Part shown: one piece after another, positions 18,811 through 29,877 of the stretch | How the letters are laid out: each line of letters starts with the position of its first letter | How positions within the stretch are numbered: position 1 is the first letter of the stretch | NCBI RefSeq assembly: GCF_965656915.1 | Contig: NZ_CBFHMI010000004.1 | Coordinates: 14,125-78,124 of the forward strand | Direction: 5' to 3' | Length of the DNA: 64,000 nucleotides | From: Winogradskyella sp. | GTDB lineage: Bacteria > Bacteroidota > Bacteroidia > Flavobacteriales > Flavobacteriaceae | Position numbers and translations under genes: made by a program | The notes under the pieces: generated by a model | Told to the model about the DNA's origin: nothing | The model's database searches: none | What the model saw: only the letters and a program-made list of their open reading frames with translations

Positions 18811-19959
18811 ATGAGCAAACAGCTAATACATAAGGTCGAGAATCACTTTAAAGCTGAGTTTAATGTAGAACCGTTAATGGTGTTTTCACCAGGAAGAATT
18901 AATTTAATTGGGGAACATACAGATTATAATAATGGATTTGTATTTCCAGCGGCCATAGATAAAGGCATTGCCATGGCTATTGGAAAAAGTGATACTGACC
19001 GCTCTACAATTGTCTCACTAGATATGGGTGAGCATTTAGTCGTTGATCTTAAAAATCTACAGAGAATTGAAGACAACACATGGAAAAATTATGTTCTTGG
19101 AGTCGTTTCTGAAATACTTAAAACTGAGAAAGAAATCACAAATTTTAATTGTGCATTTGCAGGCAACATACCAATAGGTTCTGGGTTGTCATCTTCTGCT
19201 GCATTAGAAAATAGTTTAGCTTTTGCGTGCAATCAACTGTTTGATTTGGGGCTAAGTAAAACGGAATTAATTCACATATCTCAAAAAGCAGAGCACAATT
19301 ATGTTGGGGTAAATTGTGGTATTATGGACCAATATGCAAGTATGTTTGGAAAAAATAGTCATGCTATTTTTTTAGATTGTAAAACCTTGACTTCAGAATT
19401 GGTTCCTGTTCACCTTTGCGATTATGAAATTATATTGGTTAATAGTAATGTAAAACATGCTTTAGCAGAAAGTGGATATAATGACAGGTATGCTGTTTGT
19501 CAAAAAATCGTAAAGCTTCTTAATAAACCATCACTGAGAGAGGTTTCTAATGAAGAATTAAATGCTTTAAAAACTAAAATTTCACAATCAGAGTACAATA
19601 AGGGATTATATATTCTTCAGGAAAATGAAAGAGTAGTTGCCTGTAAGGATGCATTAAAAGAAAATGATATAGAAACTGTAGGTCAACTTCTTTTTGAATC
19701 ACATGCTGGACAAAGTAAAATGTATGATATCAGTTGTATTGAGTTGGATTTTTTAGTCGATGAGGCTAAAAAGAACGACTCTGTTATTGGCGCGAGAATG
19801 ATGGGAGGAGGTTTTGGAGGTTGCACCATTAATTTGGTGAAAAAAAGTAGTTCGAATAATTTTCAAAGTAAAATTTCAAAGACCTATAAGAAGAAATTCA
19901 ATCGAGATTGTAGTATTTATAAAGTAATACTTAATGATGGAACTAGAGTTATAAAATAA
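18811..19959 (+). CDS. galK: galactokinase
   Basis: PGRINLIGEHTDYN, GSGLSSSAA, CGIMDQ, GARMMGGGFGG. Confidence 0.96.
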   Translation: MSKQLIHKVENHFKAEFNVEPLMVFSPGRINLIGEHTDYNNGFVFPAAIDKGIAMAIGKSDTDRSTIVSLDMGEHLVVDLKNLQRIEDNTWKNYVLGVVSEILKTEKEITNFNCAFAGNIPIGSGLSSSAALENSLAFACNQLFDLGLSKTELIHISQKAEHNYVGVNCGIMDQYASMFGKNSHAIFLDCKTLTSELVPVHLCDYEIILVNSNVKHALAESGYNDRYAVCQKIVKLLNKPSLREVSNEELNALKTKISQSEYNKGLYILQENERVVACKDALKENDIETVGQLLFESHAGQSKMYDISCIELDFLVDEAKKNDSVIGARMMGGGFGGCTINLVKKSSSNNFQSKISKTYKKKFNRDCSIYKVILNDGTRVIK

Positions 19960-19966
19960 AACCAAC

Positions 19967-20995
19967 ATGAATAACGATTTACAAAACGAATCACACAAAC
20001 GTTTTAATATTCTAACAGAAGAATGGGTTTTGGTGTCGCCACATAGAACTAAAAGACCATGGCAAGGGAAAGAAGAAGTGCTTCCTAATGCAAGCAGACC
20101 ATCTTATGATGAAAATTGTTATTTGTGTGCTGGTAACAGAAGAGCAAGTGGCGCTGTGAATCCCGATTACGATGATGTGTTTATTTTTGAAAACGATTTT
20201 GCAGCACTAACTAGTAACTCTGAACACTTTAAGTTAAGTGAAGGCTTGCTAAAAGCAGAGGCTGAGAATGGTATCTGCAAAGTCGTATGTTTTAGTCCAG
20301 ATCACTCTAAGAGTTTGGCTCAAATGTCTTCTAAGGAGATTGAAAAAGTCATTAATGCTTGGCAGCAAGAGTATAAAATATTAGGTGAAGAAAAGCATAT
20401 TAGTTATGTTCAGATATTTGAGAACAAAGGAGAGGTTATGGGTTGCAGTAACCCTCACCCACATGGTCAGATATGGAGTCAAAGTTCATTGCCAAATGAA
20501 GTAGTGAAGAAAGACATAAGTCAATTAAACTATTTTAATAAAGAAAATAGCTCATTGCTCAGTGATTATCTGAAGCAAGAATTAAAAGAGAAACGTCGCA
20601 TCATTTTTGAAAACAAAGCCTTTGTTGTTCTTGTTCCTTTTTGGGCGGTTTGGCCATTTGAAACTATGATTGTTCCTAAAAACCACCAAACAGATATTAG
20701 TCAAATACCTTTAGCAGAAACCATTTTATTTGCTGAAGCTATATTAGTAATAACGAGAGTTTACGATAAATTATTTAATTGTTCTTTTCCATATTCCAGT
20801 GGTATTCACCAAGCACCAACAAACGGAAAGTCCAATAATCATTGGCACTGGCATATGAGTTTTTACCCGCCATTATTGCGAAGTGCAATGGTCAAAAAAT
20901 TTATGGTAGGTTATGAAATGTTTGGAAGTCCACAGCGCGATTTTACAGCAGAATATGCTGCTGACACATTAAAAGAAATTGTCAATAAATTATAA
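19967..20995 (+). CDS. galT: galactose-1-phosphate uridylyltransferase
   Basis: SPHRTKRPWQG, FENKG..MGCSNPHPHGQ. Confidence 0.96.
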   Translation: MNNDLQNESHKRFNILTEEWVLVSPHRTKRPWQGKEEVLPNASRPSYDENCYLCAGNRRASGAVNPDYDDVFIFENDFAALTSNSEHFKLSEGLLKAEAENGICKVVCFSPDHSKSLAQMSSKEIEKVINAWQQEYKILGEEKHISYVQIFENKGEVMGCSNPHPHGQIWSQSSLPNEVVKKDISQLNYFNKENSSLLSDYLKQELKEKRRIIFENKAFVVLVPFWAVWPFETMIVPKNHQTDISQIPLAETILFAEAILVITRVYDKLFNCSFPYSSGIHQAPTNGKSNNHWHWHMSFYPPLLRSAMVKKFMVGYEMFGSPQRDFTAEYAADTLKEIVNKL

Positions 20996-21008
20996 TTATT
21001 TGTATCAT

Positions 21009-21041
21009 AAAAAAGAGCTTCTCCATGAGAAGCTCTTTTTT
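21009..21041. terminator. bidirectional intrinsic terminator
   Basis: AAAAAAGAGCTTCTC-CAT-GAGAAGCTCTTTTTT between convergent galT and GH13. Confidence 0.9.
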
Positions 21042-21064
21042 GCTCAAATTTCTTATGATTTGTT

Positions 21065-23983
21065 CTATAGCTTAACCAGCTTATTTGTCATCATATTACC
21101 AGCATAGTTTTCTACTTTTACAATATACATTCCTGTATTTAGTGATGAAATATCAAATGTGTCAGTTCTAGTAAATGAGCCATAATAACGCTTTACCATC
21201 TTTCCTGTAAGATCATAGATTTCAATATTAGATACATTTAAACTAACACTAAATGATGTATTTGCAGGATTAGGATAAATTGAGAATTGATTAAAACTTT
21301 CTTCATTTACACTTAGAGATCCTACAAATTGATTCCCGTATATTCTAAATTCTCCAGGAGCTAAGGTTATTGACGTAGTAGTTTGACTCACCGTTGTAGA
21401 TCCTGACTCATCCATTAAATCGTACCAGGTAGAAGTTACACCACCTGGGAAATTAGGATTAAATGTCTGATTTATGACATCAAAATTAGCAAATACAATA
21501 ACATTTTTTAACTCTGTATTTGGAATTGATGCATCAAAGATATCAATCCTTGGAACAAATGGTGTTGGCCACTGACTCGGCTGAGTTATATTATAATCAC
21601 CTTCAAAAACGGCCTCATTTATTTTTAAGGCGTGCATTCTGGCCCAATCATTGTAAATCTGACTTCTCAATGCATCACTAAGCCAATTATTTGTCCATTG
21701 TGGTTGAGGTTTTGTATCTAGTTTACAATCTCCTAGTCCATCTCCATCACCTGGGAAATTAGTAGAACCGTTAGTACATGTAAAGATTGAGTTTTCCATT
21801 CCTAATTCTCCGAAATGCCAAATCATTTTTGGACCAGGAACTAAAACAGAAATTGCGCCAAGTGCAGACATTCTAGACAATGCTGTGTTTAGGTCTGTAA
21901 CATTATAACCGCCAAAATTCTTACCATTAGCAAGGTTGTTATACATTAAGCGTTCTTCATCATGACTTTCAGGATAACCTATAACTCTAGGGCCATTGAA
22001 ACCAGAATGGTTATTATGACCAATACGACGAAAATCTTTATTTCCATCTTGTCCCATTGTAAGTTCATTATACTCTGTAGTCATTTTTCCCCACATCATA
22101 ATACCTTTACCTTCAGACAATCTATAATTAGCCCATTCTTTTTCTTCGTTGTCACTTCCTAAATGCTCAAAAATAGAGTAGTGGTCTGGATCTATATTCC
22201 AGATATGATCTACATATTCTTTTAATACATCAATACGATCTTGTTGGTAATTCTGTGTACATCCGAAATCGCCGTCGAAGGTTCCATTACCACAATTTTG
22301 AGTAAACCCTTTAGTAAGATCCCAACGAAATCCGTCAATTTTATATTCTTCTACCCAATACTGAATGACCTGTTTAACATGATTTCTTGTAAAAGATGAG
22401 CTATGATCAAAATCACTTCCTACATTAAATGAGTGTTGTGGGAAAACATTAAAATAAGGGTTGTCTGTAGAGGGTCCTCCCCAGCCATCACCATCAGGAT
22501 CATCCATCCACATTCTTACCAGTGGATTACGACCAAATGCGTGATTAAAGGCGATGTCTAAAATCACAGCAATTCCATTTTGATGACAAACATCAATAAG
22601 TTCTTTAAATTTTTCTGGAGTTCCATAAAACTTATCTAATGCCATATGAAAAGAGGTGTTATAACCCCAACTTTCATTTCCTTCAAATTCCATAACAGGC
22701 ATTAATTCAATAGCATTGATATTTAAGTCTGTGAAATAATCAATTCTATCAATGATATCTTGGTAATTTCTATCGGCATCAAAATCCCTAACCAGTAATT
22801 CATATACAATTAAGTCTTCTTCTTTTGGCTTATCAAAGTTAGTCACTTGCCAGTTGTACGGAGTTTGATCTGTTTGCAATACTGTAACTTCACGCTCTTG
22901 ACCAATTGGGTATGTCGGTAGGTTAGGAAATGTGCTAGCTGGAATGAAAGGATCATCAAAAGGTGATAATACTAATGGAGAATATGGGTCTGCCACTTTC
23001 ACAAGACTAGGCGACCCAGCAATAGGGTTTGTGTCAAATACCCAATACTGGTAAGATTCAACTTGTCCAGGGGTTAAACCTGTAATTTCGAGCCAGTATT
23101 TTCCTGTATTTGGATCTCGTTTCATGACATCAGAACTTGTTGGTGTGTAATTGTTCCAGCTACCTGCAATTTGAATAAATTCTTTTCCAGGAGCAGTAAT
23201 AACTAATGTCGCTTTGGTAGGATCCGCATCATAATTAATACCATCAACTAAGTTTACAGGTAAATTTTCTTCTATTACTGTTGGAATAACAAACACATTT
23301 ATAGTGGCTTCACCAGATTCTGAATCATTTGGTGCAGGTGGAGTACCGACAACTTTAATAATACCATTTTCTGTGATATTTAAGACATCACCATTACAAT
23401 TAGGAAAACTGCAATTTCCGGTATCCTGAAGTACATCGTTATAATAGATTTCAAATGAGCCTTGAACAGTTGTAGATCCTTGAAATTTGATTATTGAAGT
23501 AATTGATAAATCGTCGCCAGAATTTATAAATACAGTATCTGTTGAAGGGTTTGTGATCTCTACAACAACTCGTCCAACATCTTGAAATTGATCACCACTT
23601 TGACTACTACCATCTTGAGATTTTATTAAAAAGCCAATCTGTGTAATTCCTGTATTATTAAAGAAATCTTGAGGTAGGCCAAAGTCGTATGTATAGGTGC
23701 CATCGCCATTATTGACAAATTTTGCTGATTCAGGCGAATTACCAAAATCATTTCCTGTAGCCGTTGGATTATTAATTTGAGTTCCGTTAGAATCAAAATG
23801 CCAAGCCCATAAATAGATATCTGAAACTCCCCATTCAGCATTAGGGTCGAAGTCAGAAACAGTTAATGTCACCATTTCATCCTCATTAAAAAATGAAGGA
23901 TTCCAAGTAAATGTTTGTGCATCTAAATCTGTATTGCTTACGATTCCTAAAACAATGATAATTATAAGTAGATGTTTTTTCAT
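21065..23983 (-). CDS. secreted GH13 alpha-amylase family protein with T9SS CTD
   Basis: IYELLVRDF, ELMPVMEF, DIAFNH, DGFRWD, EHL, SHDEER; IYPNPA...GMYIVKV...KLVKL. Confidence 0.9.
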   Translation of the reverse strand: MKKHLLIIIIVLGIVSNTDLDAQTFTWNPSFFNEDEMVTLTVSDFDPNAEWGVSDIYLWAWHFDSNGTQINNPTATGNDFGNSPESAKFVNNGDGTYTYDFGLPQDFFNNTGITQIGFLIKSQDGSSQSGDQFQDVGRVVVEITNPSTDTVFINSGDDLSITSIIKFQGSTTVQGSFEIYYNDVLQDTGNCSFPNCNGDVLNITENGIIKVVGTPPAPNDSESGEATINVFVIPTVIEENLPVNLVDGINYDADPTKATLVITAPGKEFIQIAGSWNNYTPTSSDVMKRDPNTGKYWLEITGLTPGQVESYQYWVFDTNPIAGSPSLVKVADPYSPLVLSPFDDPFIPASTFPNLPTYPIGQEREVTVLQTDQTPYNWQVTNFDKPKEEDLIVYELLVRDFDADRNYQDIIDRIDYFTDLNINAIELMPVMEFEGNESWGYNTSFHMALDKFYGTPEKFKELIDVCHQNGIAVILDIAFNHAFGRNPLVRMWMDDPDGDGWGGPSTDNPYFNVFPQHSFNVGSDFDHSSSFTRNHVKQVIQYWVEEYKIDGFRWDLTKGFTQNCGNGTFDGDFGCTQNYQQDRIDVLKEYVDHIWNIDPDHYSIFEHLGSDNEEKEWANYRLSEGKGIMMWGKMTTEYNELTMGQDGNKDFRRIGHNNHSGFNGPRVIGYPESHDEERLMYNNLANGKNFGGYNVTDLNTALSRMSALGAISVLVPGPKMIWHFGELGMENSIFTCTNGSTNFPGDGDGLGDCKLDTKPQPQWTNNWLSDALRSQIYNDWARMHALKINEAVFEGDYNITQPSQWPTPFVPRIDIFDASIPNTELKNVIVFANFDVINQTFNPNFPGGVTSTWYDLMDESGSTTVSQTTTSITLAPGEFRIYGNQFVGSLSVNEESFNQFSIYPNPANTSFSVSLNVSNIEIYDLTGKMVKRYYGSFTRTDTFDISSLNTGMYIVKVENYAGNMMTNKLVKL

Positions 23984-23996
23984 AGCATTAAATATT

Positions 23997-24032
23997 AAAA
24001 AAAGGCTATGTCATATATAGAACATAGCCTTT
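23997..24032 (-). terminator. intra-operon terminator-like hairpin between the SusE-like gene and GH13
   Basis: AAAGGCTATGT...ACATAGCCTTT stem followed by a U tract on the minus strand. Confidence 0.7.
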
Positions 24033-24070
24033 GTAATTCTTTTTCTTTATAAATTAAGATATAAATAAGA

Positions 24071-25258
24071 CTACTCTAATGTAATAGTTTTATTTACTGT
24101 ATCGATAGTTGTGAAATATTGACCATCTGTACCGATAAAGGCAAAATTTAAGTCACCATCTTGAGCATTCTCAAAGTTTGCATCTATAGTATATCCAGCA
24201 TCTTCAAAGAAAGGATAGTTTTGTCCTGATCCCCAATCTGTAGCAGTTGTAAAGAATCTAAAGTTGTTTCCATCAACAGTACTAGTATAATTTACCCATC
24301 CAGAATATACGCCATCACCTTCACACATTAATTGTACTGGTGTTGCCCAATCCCATCCAGCATCTGGTAGACCTGCTCCTACAGCCCATAATTGGTCTAA
24401 GTCACATGCTCCTTGTGCAGTTGGATCATCTAATGTTATAGTCTTGTTTAATGCATCAATAGTTAAGAAATATTTTCCTGAAGGCCCTGTGAATAAGAAA
24501 TTGTTATCTCCATCCTGAGCATCTTCAAACATTGAATCGATTGTGTAACCTGCATCAACAAATCCTGGGTAGTTTATTCCTGATCCCCAATCTGTTTCTG
24601 TTGTAAAGAATCTAAAGTTACCATCACCATCAACATTATTTATTAAATCAACGTTTACAGTGTAAACATTAGTTCCAGTACAAATTGCTCTTTGCGGTGT
24701 TGCCCAGTCCCAACCTGTAAATTTAACGCCAGCACCTACTAAGAAATACTGATCAAAGTCACATACAGCGGCTTGAGTTTCCATAACTTCTTGCATAACT
24801 AAAGTTAATGCTTGCGTTGCAGAGAAATTCTCTAAACTTCCGTCACCGACAAAAGATCGTAATCTAAAATAAACCTCTCCTGTATTTGGAGCTTCAGTTT
24901 CAGGGTCAGCATCTAAACCAGCTTGGTTAGCATATGCCAACATGTCTCCTATTGTTATTGCAATTTCATTACCTGTGGTTGCACCTATAGTTTCTAAATC
25001 TGTAAAATCACCAGAAATAGATTTTTGTAATTGATAAGTGACATTAGTCGGTACATCTACACCAGCATCATTCCAAGTAAAGCGTTCACCTAAATTACTT
25101 GCTGTTTGTGGTGTTAAAATATATTCAGCTGAAAAGTTGTTTGTAAACGCTAATTCAGCATTATTATCTGTTGTGAAGACTACATCATCTTCCGTTTCAC
25201 AACTATTAAAACTTATTAAGGCAAAGATGAAAAGGCCTAAAATTGATAATTTTTTCAT
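24071..25258 (-). CDS. SusE/SusF-like glycan-binding lipoprotein
   Basis: Lipobox FNSC, N-terminal SusE-like Ig domain, two tandem GA...GWDW...NFRFF modules; follows susD. Confidence 0.85.
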   Translation of the reverse strand: MKKLSILGLFIFALISFNSCETEDDVVFTTDNNAELAFTNNFSAEYILTPQTASNLGERFTWNDAGVDVPTNVTYQLQKSISGDFTDLETIGATTGNEIAITIGDMLAYANQAGLDADPETEAPNTGEVYFRLRSFVGDGSLENFSATQALTLVMQEVMETQAAVCDFDQYFLVGAGVKFTGWDWATPQRAICTGTNVYTVNVDLINNVDGDGNFRFFTTETDWGSGINYPGFVDAGYTIDSMFEDAQDGDNNFLFTGPSGKYFLTIDALNKTITLDDPTAQGACDLDQLWAVGAGLPDAGWDWATPVQLMCEGDGVYSGWVNYTSTVDGNNFRFFTTATDWGSGQNYPFFEDAGYTIDANFENAQDGDLNFAFIGTDGQYFTTIDTVNKTITLE

Positions 25259-25277
25259 TTTTTATTTATCGTGTTAA

Positions 25278-26909
25278 TTAGTATCCTGGGTTTTGTTCTA
25301 AATTTGTATTTATACCTAAGTCCGTCGCTGGAATAGGCATAATATCTCTAAAAGATTCTGTGGTCGTACCTTGTGGTACATTACCTTTCCATTGCCAAAT
25401 TCCTTGGTCTGAAAATTGTCCGAATCTTACTAAATCTTGTCTTCTATGGCATTCCCAATATAATTCTCTTGAGCGCTCATCTATAATAAAATCTAGTGTT
25501 AAGTCTGATTGTGATATGTTACCGCTAGTGTCACCATAAGCACGTTCTCTTAACTCATTTATGTAATCTACAGCAGTACTTGCAGAACCTCCACCACCTC
25601 TTAGAACGGCTTCAGCATACATTAAATAGGCATCAGCTAATCTAAACATTGGGAAATCAATATCTGTATGGTCGCCAGAAGCATCTGATCCTGGGTTACC
25701 ATTTACATCTACGTTTCTGTATTTAGCAACTGCATAACCTTGATTGAATGGACCAACTTCTTCGATATCCTTAGTTTGTCCGTCTGTGTAAAGTAATGCT
25801 CGTCCATCTGCAGAATTTTCTTCTCCTGGGAATTGCTCAACAAATGTAGGTGTTGTTCTAACACCAAACCATCCGCCATTGATTCCAAAATCAGCAGGAT
25901 CCATAGATCCTCCAACTGGTGCGTGTACTAAAAAGGTCATTCCACCAAAAGCTTGGGTTCTTAAACCATCAAATGGTATTGTAAATATCACCTCGTCTTG
26001 TGCGCCATTAGTATCGTTATCTGCCAAGAAAGAATGTAAATATGGGATTTGAGGAATTGTGTAACCAGCATTAATAATGTTATTTACATAAGTTATAACC
26101 TCAGCGTTACGTGCGGTGCCTGTATAGACTTCAGAATTTAAATAAAGCTTAGCTAAAACCATCCAAGCTGCTGCTCTGTCTGCTCTACCATATTCATTTT
26201 GACGTGGTGCAACCATATCGTCTAAAATATCTAATAGTTCAGTTTCAACGAAATCAAATAAATCTGCACGTTGTATTTGTTCTGGTAAGAAAGCACCTGA
26301 AGCGTCATCTTCTGTTACAAATGGTGGATTAGCAAATAAATCCATAGCGTGCCAGTAAGTTAAAGCTCTCATAAAACGAGCTTCTGCTCTGTACGTTTGT
26401 ATTTCTGCTCTTAATTCAGAATCTACACCTCTGTCACTTAGTTTACCGTCGGTAGTTTGACGTAAATATTCATTACATAGTGTTACTTGATACATTAATC
26501 TAGTATACATCGTTCGAATGAACTCATTACCTGAAGTCCAAACTTGTCCATGTAAATCTTGAATTGTACCATCATTCCATCCAATGATTGCTTCATCGGT
26601 TGTTAATTCTTGCATTTTCCAATACAGTCTCAAGTAATTAGAAAATCCTTCATCTAGTCCAGCCAAATCAGGCGAACCTGCAGGTCCTTGCTGTCCACTC
26701 AAAGAAATACCAGCGTAAATCTTCGCCAAAAACTGCTTGTAAGCAGCTGGATCTTCAAATGCAGCATCAGCAGTAAGACGCTCGTCTTCCGGCTGTAAAT
26801 CTAATCGATCTGCACAAGATTGCACAAAAAATGCAACTGTGAGAATAATTAGAAAACTTTTAATCGTTCTTAACATCATAGCTTTGTTGTTTATATATTT
26901 ATTTTTCAT
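25278..26909 (-). CDS. susD: SusD family lipoprotein
   Basis: Lipobox VQSC; AEARFMRA, FRLADAYLMYAEA, ER.RELYWE.HRRQDL.RF, QNPGY. Confidence 0.95.
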   Translation of the reverse strand: MKNKYINNKAMMLRTIKSFLIILTVAFFVQSCADRLDLQPEDERLTADAAFEDPAAYKQFLAKIYAGISLSGQQGPAGSPDLAGLDEGFSNYLRLYWKMQELTTDEAIIGWNDGTIQDLHGQVWTSGNEFIRTMYTRLMYQVTLCNEYLRQTTDGKLSDRGVDSELRAEIQTYRAEARFMRALTYWHAMDLFANPPFVTEDDASGAFLPEQIQRADLFDFVETELLDILDDMVAPRQNEYGRADRAAAWMVLAKLYLNSEVYTGTARNAEVITYVNNIINAGYTIPQIPYLHSFLADNDTNGAQDEVIFTIPFDGLRTQAFGGMTFLVHAPVGGSMDPADFGINGGWFGVRTTPTFVEQFPGEENSADGRALLYTDGQTKDIEEVGPFNQGYAVAKYRNVDVNGNPGSDASGDHTDIDFPMFRLADAYLMYAEAVLRGGGGSASTAVDYINELRERAYGDTSGNISQSDLTLDFIIDERSRELYWECHRRQDLVRFGQFSDQGIWQWKGNVPQGTTTESFRDIMPIPATDLGINTNLEQNPGY

Positions 26910-26913
26910 TTTT

Positions 26914-29811
26914 TTAGAAAGTAAAATTTAATCCTAATACAACATCTCTAGTTCTTGGATAGAAATTATTTTCTATACCGTTTCCTATTTCAGGATCTAA
27001 TCCATCATATTCAGTAATTACAAATAAGTTAGTAGCCGTTAAGGAGGCTCTTAATGTAATTTTCTCGAAAGGAATTGTATATCCTAAAGAGATATTATCT
27101 AGTCTCACAAAATCAGCACGTTGTATATATGCATCTGAGAATAGATTCTGTCCTGAGAATCCTGTATCTAAAACACTAGCATGTGCGTTAGCTGTATAAC
27201 CTGGCTGACCCACAATTGCATTTGTGTTCCCTCTATCTGATGCTACGTTATTGTAAACATAGTTTCCAAAACTTCCTCTAAACGTAAAGTTTAAATCTAA
27301 GTTCTTATATCTAAAGTTATTAGTAAAACCAATAAACGCATCTGGTGTAGCTTTTTTGTAGGCTTGTCTATCTGCTTCAGTAATTTGATTGTCACCGTTA
27401 ACATCTACATAGGCACCTTCTATAGGGTTACCATCATTATCATATACCTGACGGAACACAAAGAATGTCGATGGATCATAGCCTGGTTTCCATAATTGAA
27501 TATTATTACCAACACCACCAGAAATTCCACCAGTTTGTATAAAGAAGTTAGGATCATCACTTAAACTTAATTTCGTGATTTCTTGCTCCTGAAAAGTAAT
27601 ATTAAAATTAGTATCCCAGCCAAAGTCTTCTTTCTGAGCAATCACTCCATTTAAGCTAAACTCAATACCTTTACTAGTTATTGCACCTACATTAGTTGTA
27701 ATTAAATCTGTAAGGTTAGAACCTGCCGGAACAGGAACTGTAGCTAATAAATCTTCAGTTTCTCTGTAATATGCGTCAACTGTACCAGTTAATCTGTTAT
27801 TAAAGAATCCAAAGTCCAAAGCAACATTATATTGTGTTGTCTCTTCCCATTTAAGATCCTCATCAAAACCTTCTGGCCTTAATGTTTGGATAAAGATAGG
27901 CTCTCCATTTACAGATGTACCAAATTGAATATTAGCCTGATTATTTCTAGATGGAGTATAAAGTCCTAAATAACCGTAGTTCTGACCAATTTCTTGCTGA
28001 CCAGTAACACCCCAACCAGCTCTTAGTTTTAAATTAGAGAAGAACGAGTCTTGCATAAAGTCTTCATTCATCATTTTCCAACCTACGGAAACACCTGGAA
28101 ATGATCCCCAACGATTGTCTTCACTAAACCTTGAAGATCCATCGCGTCTAAAACTTGCAGAAATCAAATATTTATCAGCAATATCAAAACTTGCTCTTGC
28201 AAAATAAGACTCTAAAGCGTTTCTATTAATATCTGTATCTACTGTAATATTGGGTCCAGAACTCTCATCTATATTGGTTCTAATATAAAATTCCTGGAAT
28301 GCATGACCAGCTGTAATATCTAAAGTTGTGTTGATTGACGCAACATTTTTCTTGTAATTAAAGAAAAAATCTAAAGCTGTATTTCTATTAAGTCCATTAG
28401 AAAACCCACGGAATGGAAATGCATCAGGATTATTTGGATTTGCTGCCCGGAAATTATAACCTTTATTTTCGGCATAATCAATACCCGCATTCAAATTAAA
28501 TCTTAAATCTTTTAAGAACCACATTTTGTAGTCTATATTAAAGTTAGAAATAACTCTTTTTATACGCTGTCTGTCGTTAGTATTATCTAACGAGAATAGT
28601 GGATTAGCAGGTGCTAAATTTGCACCCAACTGCGTGTAGTCTCCATTCTCGTCAAAAACCGACTGTGTTGGGTCAAAAGCAACAGCCGCACCGATAGCTC
28701 CTCTGTCAGCATAATTAAACTCATCTTGAACACCTCTTGCAACTAAAGTTAATTTTAAGTCGTTATCTAAAAAGCGGTGTACAAAAGACGTATTAAACCC
28801 ATTACGCTCGTATAAATCACCTAATAAAGGACCTTCTTGAGAAGCATGATTAAAGTTAACTCTGAAGTTAAAATTCTCATATCCTTTAGAAACAGTGATA
28901 TTATGGATAGCGCCTATTCCAGTCGTATAAATTTTGTCTTGCCAATTGGTATCTGAGTTACCAAAAGTTGAAGGATCAACACCATTTGCTTCTGCTAACT
29001 CTCTGTATTGACTTGCATTAAGAACATCTACTTCGTTTGTAACTCTTCTTGAAGACGCTTGTAAACCGTATTCTACTTTTAGAGGTTGATTTGCAGAACC
29101 TTTTTTGGTTGTAATTAAAATTACACCATTAGATGCTCTGGAACCATAAATAGCAGTCGCAGAAGCATCTTTTAATACAACAAAATCTTCAATATCTGCT
29201 GGGTTAATAGCATTTAAAGCATTAGCACTCCCTTGAGAGCCTCCTCTTTGGTCAATTGGTAAACCGTCAATCACAATAAGGGGATTGTTAGATGCAGACA
29301 GAGATGCTCCACCACGAATTCTAATTTCACCACCTTCACCAGCTCCACCACCACCAGATGTAATTCTTACACCTGCAGCTTTACCAGCAATAAGTTGTTG
29401 AGGTGCAACAATTGCACCACGGTTAAATTCTTCATCACCAACTTTTTCAACAGCACCAGTAGCGTCTTGTTTGGTAGTTGAACCATAACCAATTAAAACA
29501 ACTTCGTCTAATTGAGCTGCATCCTCATCAAGAGTGATGTCTATGGTAGATTGACCATTGTATACAACTTCTTGAGTTGTAAATCCTAAATAAGAGAATA
29601 CCAATGTTTCTCCTTGGTTAACCTCTAAAGAATACTTACCATCAAAATCGGTAGATGTACCTTTAGATGTACCTTTAATAATTACATTTACGCCAGGTAA
29701 TGGCATAGCGTTTGCCTTATCTGTTATTGTACCCGAGACAGTCGTTTGTGCTGCCAATGTTGCGGGTACCATAATTAAACAGAATAATAAAGCATTTAAG
29801 AATGTTTTCAT
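26914..29811 (-). CDS. susC: SusC/RagA TonB-dependent transporter
   Basis: LDEVVLIGYG, LKDASATAIYGSRASNGVILITTKKG, L.WEET, terminal F. Confidence 0.96.
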   Translation of the reverse strand: MKTFLNALLFCLIMVPATLAAQTTVSGTITDKANAMPLPGVNVIIKGTSKGTSTDFDGKYSLEVNQGETLVFSYLGFTTQEVVYNGQSTIDITLDEDAAQLDEVVLIGYGSTTKQDATGAVEKVGDEEFNRGAIVAPQQLIAGKAAGVRITSGGGGAGEGGEIRIRGGASLSASNNPLIVIDGLPIDQRGGSQGSANALNAINPADIEDFVVLKDASATAIYGSRASNGVILITTKKGSANQPLKVEYGLQASSRRVTNEVDVLNASQYRELAEANGVDPSTFGNSDTNWQDKIYTTGIGAIHNITVSKGYENFNFRVNFNHASQEGPLLGDLYERNGFNTSFVHRFLDNDLKLTLVARGVQDEFNYADRGAIGAAVAFDPTQSVFDENGDYTQLGANLAPANPLFSLDNTNDRQRIKRVISNFNIDYKMWFLKDLRFNLNAGIDYAENKGYNFRAANPNNPDAFPFRGFSNGLNRNTALDFFFNYKKNVASINTTLDITAGHAFQEFYIRTNIDESSGPNITVDTDINRNALESYFARASFDIADKYLISASFRRDGSSRFSEDNRWGSFPGVSVGWKMMNEDFMQDSFFSNLKLRAGWGVTGQQEIGQNYGYLGLYTPSRNNQANIQFGTSVNGEPIFIQTLRPEGFDEDLKWEETTQYNVALDFGFFNNRLTGTVDAYYRETEDLLATVPVPAGSNLTDLITTNVGAITSKGIEFSLNGVIAQKEDFGWDTNFNITFQEQEITKLSLSDDPNFFIQTGGISGGVGNNIQLWKPGYDPSTFFVFRQVYDNDGNPIEGAYVDVNGDNQITEADRQAYKKATPDAFIGFTNNFRYKNLDLNFTFRGSFGNYVYNNVASDRGNTNAIVGQPGYTANAHASVLDTGFSGQNLFSDAYIQRADFVRLDNISLGYTIPFEKITLRASLTATNLFVITEYDGLDPEIGNGIENNFYPRTRDVVLGLNFTF

Positions 29812-29877
29812 ACAATATTTTTAAGTTAATTGCTTAGTTAATTGATTTATATTTTCACTTCTTGGGTTAAATCTATG

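Noticed and set aside
10120-21041. Shared AGCTTCTC/GAGAAGCT core in two terminators as a repeat family
   Set aside because: Only an 8-bp stem is shared; both are explained as ordinary terminators
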